From positions 4,736,001-4,800,000 of the forward strand of contig OY761159.2 in assembly GCA_963664395.2 (NCBI GenBank): a DNA stretch of 64,000 bases, in the 5' to 3' direction. The DNA is from Candidatus Binatia bacterium. GTDB taxonomy: Bacteria > Desulfobacterota > Binatia > Bin18. The translations under genes and the position numbers were made by a program. A model generated the notes under the pieces. That model searched no databases. It was not told where the DNA came from and was given only the letters and a program-made list of their open reading frames with translations. This document shows, piece after piece, positions 56,501-64,000 of this stretch (positions are counted from its first letter, which is position 1; each line of letters opens with the position of its first letter).

Positions 56501-56541
56501 GTACTTACAATGTGAGTACGAGGATGGGTACGCTGTGTCAA
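56501..56541 (-). promoter_or_regulatory. TA promoter with palindromic operator
   Basis: TTGACA (56541-56536)-17 nt-TACTCA; inverted repeat GTACTTACA-a-TGTGAGTAC (56501-56519, one mismatch) covers the -10 region. Confidence 0.6.
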
Positions 56542-56582
56542 CATTCGAGAGTTGGAGGTGAAGAGGGATGTCGGTTCACCCC

Positions 56583-57533
56583 TCAGCTTTTCTCAAGTGC
56601 CGGTTGTGACGGCCAGAGCGATAAGCCGGAGCGAAATAAGAGGAACAGACCGCCCAACGTCACAGGTACATACAGGGCAAGGTGGGCGACAATGGAGAAA
56701 CTGAGCGCGTCTTCCTTTGACACGGAGAAGAAGGACAAGGCCACAACCACAGCATATTGGAAGACGCCAATAAAACCCGGCGCCGACGGCAGCGCAACAC
56801 CCACAGCAACCAGCAGCATAACCATGAACGCTGCTTCAAGCGGCAACGAAAAGGCGCAGGCATACAACAATAACCAAAAATAGATCACCATGCCGCCCCA
56901 TATCAGCGTCGAGAACGCCAAGGTCTTCAAGAGGAATGGGCCACTGCGCAAAACCTGAAGACTGCCCAGGAATGCTTCGACCATGGGCTGCATCCGCTGC
57001 GGCACTCTCCGCACCCACTTCAGATTTTCTCCCTGAACCAGCCACCAGCCTGCTCCGAGCAGAACAACTACCAGACTCAAGAAAAGCACGTTTGGTGCAA
57101 CATAGCCCCCCAACGCGGGTATAAGCGGCAGGCCGATGGCGAGGAAAAGGCTCACCAGCAGCATATCGAATACACGGTCCAGGGTTCCGGTCGCGAGCGC
57201 TAGACTCATGGAGACAGGCCCTAAACGAACCAAGGCATACAGCCGCAACAATTCTCCCGCCCGCAGCGGAAGGATATTATTCCCCATAAACCCGATGAGG
57301 GTTGCCGAGAAGAAGACTGAAACTGGCAAATGGGCAACCGGAGCAACAAGCAACTGCCAGCGATACGCTCGAAAGAGAAAAACGATGCCGAGCCAGAGCG
57401 TCGAAAGGATGAGGATACCCAAGTCTACAGCGCCAAAGGCCTGCACGACTTCAGACCATTCCACGCCACGCACGGCCAGATAGCCACAGCCAAGGCTAAG
57501 GGCGAGACCCAGAGCAACTTTCAGAATTTTCAA
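56583..57533 (-). CDS. lysylphosphatidylglycerol synthase TM / UPF0104 flippase-like protein
   Basis: RAYRW, GFMGNNILPLRAGELLR, DRVFD, PSAPGFIGVFQ; TTG start. Confidence 0.88.
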   Translation of the reverse strand: MKILKVALGLALSLGCGYLAVRGVEWSEVVQAFGAVDLGILILSTLWLGIVFLFRAYRWQLLVAPVAHLPVSVFFSATLIGFMGNNILPLRAGELLRLYALVRLGPVSMSLALATGTLDRVFDMLLVSLFLAIGLPLIPALGGYVAPNVLFLSLVVVLLGAGWWLVQGENLKWVRRVPQRMQPMVEAFLGSLQVLRSGPFLLKTLAFSTLIWGGMVIYFWLLLYACAFSLPLEAAFMVMLLVAVGVALPSAPGFIGVFQYAVVVALSFFSVSKEDALSFSIVAHLALYVPVTLGGLFLLFRSGLSLWPSQPALEKS

Positions 57534-57580
57534 GCAAGGCTTTCTTGGGTTGGAAGTGCGAGCGGATTTCTTCCAAAAGG

Positions 57581-57654
57581 CGCGCCCGGGGTGACTCGAA
57601 CACCCAACCTACGGGTTCGAAGCCCGGTGCTCTATCCAATTGAGCTACGGGCGC
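57581..57654 (-). tRNA. tRNA-Arg (TCG)
   Basis: GCGCCCGTAGCTCAATTGGATAGAGCA CCGGGCT-TCG-AACCCGT AGGTTGGGTGTTCGAGTCACCC CGGGCGCG; followed by CCT, not CCA. Confidence 0.93.
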
Positions 57655-57738
57655 GCATGGTGAAAGCAGAGCTTTCACGCCTGGAGCAAGGGCTCCGGCC
57701 CCGTCCCCTTTTGCGCTCTCAGCGTATGGTGCGGACTG

Positions 57739-58965
57739 TCAAAGTGCAAGGCCACGCTCGCGCTGCTCGGCCTCCCCTGCGAGAGAACCGACGGGGCCTT
57801 CTGCCCAATACAAGCGACACGACATGGCCTTAATCACCAAAAAGACTCTGCTCCCGACCTTCAGACCCAGCTCAACAAACGATCTCTCAGTCACTTCAAC
57901 GGTCAGTGGAGGAAGGTCGGGACTGAGTTCGGCTGTTGCTAATCCGACATGACCGACGGAGTGGAGCTGCGTTATACGCGCCGGCAGAATATTGCGGGCC
58001 GAGAGCCCTTCGGGCCGCTTGGAGGCGAGCATGATATCGCTGGCGGGGATACTGGCCAGCATAGCCTCGCCCGGTCGCGCCTCTGAACGAATCGTCACCA
58101 ACTCGACCGGAGTGCCCTCACCGACTTCCGCTTCTCCTAACCGAACCCGACTCGTGCTGCCCTGGTCGTCTACCATGCGGCAGGGAAGAACGTTCTCAAA
58201 GCCCTGCTGTTCCGCCAGCGGAAAAACCTGGGGGTCGGTGAGGACGGCGCGCGGGGCGCCGTGCGCAATCATCCTTCCGTTTTGCAGCACAATCAGATCG
58301 TCACACAGCGCCTGCACTTCGAGCGGGTCGTGTGACACGAATAACATGGGAATCTGAAATTCAGAGCGGACACGCCGGAGAAAAGGCAATAGTTTTCGTC
58401 TCAGGGCTAAGTCCAAAGAGGCAAACGGTTCATCCAGCAATAACAAACGCGGCCCGGAGCAAATCGCGCGCCCCAGCGCCACCCGCTGCCGTTCGCCACC
58501 GGACAGGGTGTGCGCCGTTCTCTCAAGCAGCGGGCCGAGTTCGAGGATATGGACGGCTGTTTCAAATGTCTGCCGGACGGCATAGCCGTTCCGCACTGCG
58601 CGTTTCTTACCGGCGAGCAGGTTCTGCCGCACGTTCTTGTGCGGGAAGAGGAGGCCACCTTGCGGGACATAGCCGATATGGCGCTGCCACGGCTTCACAC
58701 ATACCCCGCGCTGGCTATCAAGCCACGTCTCATGTCCCAGGCTGATGATGCCTTGGGCGTGGCGGCGTATGCCACACACCGCTTCCAGCACACTGGTTTT
58801 TCCGGCTCCAGATGCACCGAAAATCCCGGTCACCTGTTTTTCAGTGTTCAGGTCTACGCTCAGCTCAAAACGATCCAGCGGGAGACGGACCTGAACCCGC
58901 AGACCGGGGGACGCTGCCGGAGCTGTCACCGGAGTCGTCATGGGAGTCGTTATGGGAGTCGTCAT
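57739..58965 (-). CDS. modC: molybdate ABC transporter ATPase
   Basis: GASGAGKT, LSGGERQRVA, LLDEP, C-terminal TOBE/Mop domain (SARNIL); 12-bp x3 repeat at the N-terminus. Confidence 0.93.
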   Translation of the reverse strand: MTTPITTPMTTPVTAPAASPGLRVQVRLPLDRFELSVDLNTEKQVTGIFGASGAGKTSVLEAVCGIRRHAQGIISLGHETWLDSQRGVCVKPWQRHIGYVPQGGLLFPHKNVRQNLLAGKKRAVRNGYAVRQTFETAVHILELGPLLERTAHTLSGGERQRVALGRAICSGPRLLLLDEPFASLDLALRRKLLPFLRRVRSEFQIPMLFVSHDPLEVQALCDDLIVLQNGRMIAHGAPRAVLTDPQVFPLAEQQGFENVLPCRMVDDQGSTSRVRLGEAEVGEGTPVELVTIRSEARPGEAMLASIPASDIMLASKRPEGLSARNILPARITQLHSVGHVGLATAELSPDLPPLTVEVTERSFVELGLKVGSRVFLVIKAMSCRLYWAEGPVGSLAGEAEQRERGLAL

Positions 58966-59645
58966 GGGCGCGCGATTCCGGACAGCGACCGCCCCTGCGC
59001 GAGCAGTTCAGTGCTCATAATGGCCAGGAAGCCGATCACTAGAGCGCTCAGCATAAAAAAATCAGCTCTTTCGTGAGCCCCGACCTGCTGAGCGCTGAAA
59101 ATGGCCGCGGCAATGGTTTGCGTACGGCCGGGGATATTGCCGGCAATGGTCACGGTTGCGCCGAACTCACCCATGGCACGGGTAAAACCAAGGATTACCG
59201 CGGCTAGTAAGCCACGTCGCGCCATGGGCAAACTGTACTGAAAAAACGTCGCCAGCCGGCCGTGCCCTAACGTTTGGGCCATCAATTCGAGGCGGGGGTT
59301 AATGGCCTCAAACGTGGCTTTGGCGGTTCGCGCAACGAGCGGCAGCGACATGGTTGCCGTGGCAATCACCGCCCCTTTCCACGTCAGGAGGATGTGCAGG
59401 TCAAAGCCCAGACTCTCGCGCCCGAGTGGCCCGTCAACGGCAAAGAGGCGTAACAACAGGAAACCGACTGCGGTGGGAGGCAGGACGAGCGGCAAGCCAA
59501 CAAGTGCCGACAGGACGTGTTTGCCCCAGAACTCATACCGCGCCAACACATAGCCCAAGAGCGTTGCCGGCAGCAGGACCAGGAGCGTCGAGACGCTGGC
59601 GACTTGGAGGGTCAAAATGATGACGGGCCAGACTTCGGGACTCAT
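58962..59645 (-). CDS. modB: molybdate ABC transporter permease
   Basis: LPLVLPPTAVG, RAMGEFGAT, AGNIPGRTQT. Confidence 0.95.
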   Translation of the reverse strand: MSPEVWPVIILTLQVASVSTLLVLLPATLLGYVLARYEFWGKHVLSALVGLPLVLPPTAVGFLLLRLFAVDGPLGRESLGFDLHILLTWKGAVIATATMSLPLVARTAKATFEAINPRLELMAQTLGHGRLATFFQYSLPMARRGLLAAVILGFTRAMGEFGATVTIAGNIPGRTQTIAAAIFSAQQVGAHERADFFMLSALVIGFLAIMSTELLAQGRSLSGIARP

Positions 59646-59667
59646 GCTGCTTCAACAACCTTCTGCT

Positions 59668-60498
59668 TCAACAACCTTCTTGGGGTCTTCTCTCGCCGAC
59701 AACAAAGCCATGCGCCTCGTACAGTGCCACGGCCTCGGCGCTGTGTAAAAAGTTCAGAAATTGTTCCGCCAACTCCGGCCGAGGACGATGGTGTATGGCA
59801 ACGGCGCAATAGATGATCGGTTGGTGCAGATGGGGAGGCACTTCGGCCAAGACCCTGACCTTGGCTGAGCTCGCCGCATCCGTTCGATACACAATACCGA
59901 TGATCCTGGGGTCCGATTCTACCAGCCCGAGAGCAGCCCGGACATCGGTGGTCGGTGCGATTTTGTCCCGGACCGCCTCCCATAACGAGTGGCCGGTTAG
60001 TTCGACTGCTTGCAGAAACGTCTTGGCATAGCGGCCGACCGGTACGGCCTCGGGGTCGGCCAGGACCAGGAAGGAGAAGGGCAGCGAGGCAAGGCCGCGC
60101 GGAGTGGACAAGCGGAAATCGGCGTCGGTGCGGCTCACGATAACCAGACGATTTGAGAGAAAATTGCGCCGAGACTGCGGGATGGTGATCTCGGCCTTTT
60201 CCAGGACATCAACCCAATCCGGATTGGCCGATAGAAAAACGTCGGCTTCGGGCGAGGCGTGGAGTTGCAGGGCGAGGGTATTGGACCCGGCAAAATTATA
60301 CACCACCTCTGCCTGATGTGTCCGGGCAAAAACGGCCCCGATTGCTTGCACCACATCGCGCAAGCTGGCCGCGGCAAAAACGACGACAGCCGGCTTTTCC
60401 TGTTCGGGCGCACGACATCCCGCTAACAGGGCGACTGCCGTGAGCAGACTGAAGATAAGACTGGCTAAGCGCAGTGGCTTTCGCAGTGTCGGCACCAT
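59668..60498 (-). CDS. modA: molybdate ABC transporter binding lipoprotein
   Basis: Lipobox LAG-C; VFAAASL, NFAGS..LA.Q, ADVFLSA, VPVGRYA, VYRTDA. Confidence 0.93.
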   Translation of the reverse strand: MVPTLRKPLRLASLIFSLLTAVALLAGCRAPEQEKPAVVVFAAASLRDVVQAIGAVFARTHQAEVVYNFAGSNTLALQLHASPEADVFLSANPDWVDVLEKAEITIPQSRRNFLSNRLVIVSRTDADFRLSTPRGLASLPFSFLVLADPEAVPVGRYAKTFLQAVELTGHSLWEAVRDKIAPTTDVRAALGLVESDPRIIGIVYRTDAASSAKVRVLAEVPPHLHQPIIYCAVAIHHRPRPELAEQFLNFLHSAEAVALYEAHGFVVGERRPQEGC

Positions 60499-60537
60499 GC
60501 CCCCATCAGGTAGGCCAAATCGGGCGCAGGTCAGCGG

Positions 60538-61968
60538 CTATTTGACCGTCCAGGTGGTGCCCGTCGGGCTATCTTTGAGAATAAAGCCTTGGTCGGCAAG
60601 CTGGTCGCGGATTTCGTCCGCACGCTGGAAATTCTTCTCTTTCCGGGCAGCAGTCCGTTCGGCTATCAATGCCTCAATTGCCTCAGGGGTGAGGCTGGCT
60701 TCCGCCAGGCCGGTCTGCTTTTGATGCTCTAGAAATTGTGCAGGGGACTCTTCAAGCAGGCCGATCACATTGCCTATTGTGGCAATATCACGGCGGAGCT
60801 GCGCCACTGTCCGGATCTGGCCGGCATCCAACTCGCGGTTCATTTCGCGCACAACGTCAAAGATCACACCCAGAGCGCGGGGCGTATTGCAGTCATCATC
60901 CATGGCTTCACGGAAACGGCTGACGAATGCAGACTCGGCAGACCCAGCAGACTCGGCCTGGGCGTTGGCTGCACCAATCGCTGCGTCGGCGCGGGCGAGC
61001 GTTTCATAGATGCGCGTCAAGCCTTTTTCCGCCTCTTCCAACTTTTGGGTCGAGAAGTCGAGCGCCATCCGATAGTGAGACGAGAGTAAGACTTGACGTA
61101 AGACTTCCGGCGTAGAGACTTTGCCCAGCGCCTCGCCGATCGTTAAGAAGTTGCCCAAAGATTTCGACATCTTTTCCCGCTCGACTGTAACCATGCCGTT
61201 GTGCAGCCAGTAGCGGGCGAGCGCACAGTCTTTTGCGCCTTCGGACTGGGCGATCTCGTTTTCATGGTGCGGAAAAACAAGATCGGCTCCGCCGCCGTGA
61301 ATGTCGAAGGGCTGGCCGAGATATTTACTGCTCATGGCCGAGCACTCGATATGCCAGCCCGGACGGCCTTTCCCCCAGGGGCTGTCCCAGGCCGGCTCTC
61401 CGGGCTTACTGGACTTCCAGAGGGCAAAGTCCATGGGATGGCGCTTGCGCGCGTCCACTTCTATGCGAGCCCCGGCCGCCATATCTTCCAAACGACGATG
61501 GGCCAGCTTGCCGTATTCGGCAAAACGATCCACCGCATAATACACATCTCCATCCACGGCGTACGCGAGCTGTTTGGATTCGAGCTCGTGGATGAGGGTA
61601 ATCATCTCCGGGATGTGTTGGGTTGCGCGTGGCTCATGCGTAGGCGGCAGGCAGCGCAGGGCCTGCATGTCGGTGTTGAAGGCTTGGATATACGTTTCGG
61701 TCAGCTCTTCGGCCGAGATGCCTCGCTCATTGGCACGGTTGATAATTTTGTCGTCCACATCGGTGAAATTGCGCACAAACGTCACCTCATAACCGGAGAA
61801 CTTGAGGTAACGATAGATGACGTCAAAGGCGACCAAGGCACGCGCATGACCAATATGGGAACGGTCGTATACCGTTACCCCACACACATACATGCGGGCT
61901 TCGCCAGGCGTGAGCGGGACAAACGCTTCTTCTTTTCCCGTCAGGGTATTGTGAAAACGCAGGGCCAT
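60538..61968 (-). CDS. cysS: cysteine--tRNA ligase
   Basis: YVCGVTVY, HIGH, GRPGWHIECS, FPHHENE, KMSKS. Confidence 0.98.
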   Translation of the reverse strand: MALRFHNTLTGKEEAFVPLTPGEARMYVCGVTVYDRSHIGHARALVAFDVIYRYLKFSGYEVTFVRNFTDVDDKIINRANERGISAEELTETYIQAFNTDMQALRCLPPTHEPRATQHIPEMITLIHELESKQLAYAVDGDVYYAVDRFAEYGKLAHRRLEDMAAGARIEVDARKRHPMDFALWKSSKPGEPAWDSPWGKGRPGWHIECSAMSSKYLGQPFDIHGGGADLVFPHHENEIAQSEGAKDCALARYWLHNGMVTVEREKMSKSLGNFLTIGEALGKVSTPEVLRQVLLSSHYRMALDFSTQKLEEAEKGLTRIYETLARADAAIGAANAQAESAGSAESAFVSRFREAMDDDCNTPRALGVIFDVVREMNRELDAGQIRTVAQLRRDIATIGNVIGLLEESPAQFLEHQKQTGLAEASLTPEAIEALIAERTAARKEKNFQRADEIRDQLADQGFILKDSPTGTTWTVK

Positions 61969-62003
61969 GCGTTCTTTCTCAAAATTACGCCAACTACGCC
62001 CAA

Positions 62004-63974
62004 TTACGCTTGCAGCCGTCCTTCGACTAATTGATCAACAACGGAAGGATCAGCCAGAGTTGACGTATCGCCGAGCTGATCAAGCGCGCCTTCGCCAATT
62101 TTACGCAGGATGCGGCGCATGATTTTTCCACTCCGCGTCTTGGGCAGGCCGTCGGCGAACTGCACTTTATCCGGCGTCGCGTGTGGGCCGATCTCTCGGC
62201 GGACCGTATTATGCAACTCTTTCACCATGTCCGGAGATGACTGCTGGCCGGTCTTGAGCGTTACAAAGGCGTAGATGCCCTGCCCTTTGAGGTCGTGCGG
62301 CATCCCCACCACTGCGGCCTCGGCCACAGCCGGATGCTTGCCCAACGCGCCTTCAATCTCGGCTGTTCCCAAACGGTGACCGGACACATTGATCACGTCG
62401 TCCACACGGCCGGTGATCCAGTAGTAGCCGTCTTCATCTCGCCGGCAGCCATCGCCCGAGAAATATTTGCCGGGATAGAGGGAGAAATAGGTCTGAATAA
62501 AGCGTTCGTGGTCGCCGTACACCGTGCGCATGATGCCCGGCCAGGGGAACTTCAGACACAAATTCCCGGAGACACCGTTGCCCTCGATCTCCGTGCCGTG
62601 ATCGTCTACCAGACAGGGTTGGACGCCAAAGAAGGGACGGGTGGCCGAGCCTGGCTTGGTTTTTGTTGCTCCCGGCAAGGGCGTAATCATAATTCCGCCG
62701 GTTTCGGTCTGCCACCAGGTGTCGACAATCGGACACCGTTCTTTGCCTATAGATTGAAAATACCAGTGCCATTCAGGGCTTTTAATCGGCTCGCCGACCG
62801 TGCCGAGAATGCGCAGGCTGGACAGATCATACTGGGCTGGCCAGGAGTCGCCTTCTTTCATAAGCGCGCGCAGCGCGGTTGGCGCGGTATAGAAAATGTT
62901 GACTTTATGCTGTTCGACAATCTGCCAGAAACGACCAAAATCCGGGTAATTGGGCACACCCTCGAACATCATGGTCGTCGCCCGGTTCGCCATCGGGCCG
63001 TAGACGATATAGCTATGACCGGTCACCCAGCCAATATCGGCCGTACACCAGTAGATATCTCCGGGCCGATAGTCGAACACATAGCGGTGGGTCATGGAGG
63101 TGTAGACCAGATAGCCACCTGTCGTATGCAATACGCCCTTGGGCTTGCCGGTCGAGCCGGAGGTGTACAGGATGAATAATGGATCTTCGGCATCCATGGG
63201 TTCCGGCTCACACGTCGTCGGCTGTGCCGCCACTTGCTCGTGCCACCAGACATCACGCCCGTCCTGCATCCCGACCTCGTGTCCGGTGCGCCGGACGACA
63301 ACGACCTTCTCAATAGACGGGCATTCGGCCACGGCGGCATCGGCATTGGCCTTCATGGGGATGTCATTCTTCGCCCCACGCAGTCCCGTATCCTGGGTAA
63401 TCAAGAGCTTGCATGCAGAGTCCTGAATACGGTCACGCAGTGAATCCGGCGAAAATGCACCAAAAACAATGGAATGTACCGCCCCAATACGCGTACAGGC
63501 CAACATCGCCACCGGCAGTTCAGGGATCATCTGCATATAAATGCAAACACGATCACCTTTTTTTACTCCAAGTGCCGTGAGCGCGTTGGCAAACTGGCAG
63601 ACCTGGTCCAAAAGCTCGGCGTACGAAAACTTTTTGCTTTCCTCCTGGTTATTGCCCTGCCAAATGAGAGCGGTCTGAGCGCCGGCGCCGGCGTTGACAT
63701 GCCGGTCCAGGCAATTATGAGAGACGTTGAGCTTGCCGTTGAGAAACCATTTGATATCAGCCTTGTGGAAATCCCACTCCACGACCTTGTCCCATTTTTG
63801 AAACCACTCAAGCTGTTTTTCGGCGTGTTCCGCCCAGAAGCCTTCCGGGTCTTGAATGGAGCGCTCATACATCTGCTGATAGGTCTCCGGGTCAATGGCA
63901 GTCTGCCCCTGTACGGCAGCAGGAATGTCATAGATCAGATCACCGCCAAGTCCGTCTGCTCGCTCGTCCGCCAT
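62004..63974 (-). CDS. acs: acetyl-CoA synthetase
   Basis: [49 protein letters not shown]. Confidence 0.97.
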   Translation of the reverse strand: MADERADGLGGDLIYDIPAAVQGQTAIDPETYQQMYERSIQDPEGFWAEHAEKQLEWFQKWDKVVEWDFHKADIKWFLNGKLNVSHNCLDRHVNAGAGAQTALIWQGNNQEESKKFSYAELLDQVCQFANALTALGVKKGDRVCIYMQMIPELPVAMLACTRIGAVHSIVFGAFSPDSLRDRIQDSACKLLITQDTGLRGAKNDIPMKANADAAVAECPSIEKVVVVRRTGHEVGMQDGRDVWWHEQVAAQPTTCEPEPMDAEDPLFILYTSGSTGKPKGVLHTTGGYLVYTSMTHRYVFDYRPGDIYWCTADIGWVTGHSYIVYGPMANRATTMMFEGVPNYPDFGRFWQIVEQHKVNIFYTAPTALRALMKEGDSWPAQYDLSSLRILGTVGEPIKSPEWHWYFQSIGKERCPIVDTWWQTETGGIMITPLPGATKTKPGSATRPFFGVQPCLVDDHGTEIEGNGVSGNLCLKFPWPGIMRTVYGDHERFIQTYFSLYPGKYFSGDGCRRDEDGYYWITGRVDDVINVSGHRLGTAEIEGALGKHPAVAEAAVVGMPHDLKGQGIYAFVTLKTGQQSSPDMVKELHNTVRREIGPHATPDKVQFADGLPKTRSGKIMRRILRKIGEGALDQLGDTSTLADPSVVDQLVEGRLQA

Positions 63975-64000
63975 TGTGCCCTCCTGATTGATTCTTTATT

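Overview
Bacterial chromosomal window of moderate to high GC. The glmM-nnr-tsaE-lysC-cimA order, a tRNA-Arg(UCG), paired nitroreductases and F420 genes suggest a deltaproteobacterial (Desulfobacterota/Binatia-like) host; this is inference only. Most of the window is housekeeping: rtcB-archease, apt, cimA, lysC, tsaE, nnr, glmM, ftsH, tilS, tRNA-Met, lipB, cofG-cofH-cofD-cofE, fbp-fbaB, glycosyltransferases, tRNA-Arg, modABC, cysS and acs. There are three accessory stretches. (1) 0.1-3.3 kb holds toxin-antitoxin parts, a YeeR-like membrane protein and an HNH nuclease. (2) 32.8-49.4 kb holds a type I R-M locus (HsdM with NPHF instead of NPPF, a DUF6883/DUF4926 pair between M and S, a frameshift-riddled hsdS 5' half). 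It is followed by a seven-gene operon joining a circularly permuted ATP-grasp ligase and an alpha-E protein to a complete, sigma-less partner-switching cascade. (3) 55.8-56.5 kb holds a cas-less two-repeat type I-E-like CRISPR mini-array beside a MazEF/PemIK module. The best candidates for undescribed systems are the ATP-grasp/alpha-E/partner-switch operon, a duplicated nitroreductase + small helical protein cassette (4.4-6.8 kb), and the mini-CRISPR/TA unit. Also notable are an unannotated 35-aa membrane microprotein and recurrent short tandem duplications on start and stop codons. All family calls come from motif recognition by eye; no database searches were run.
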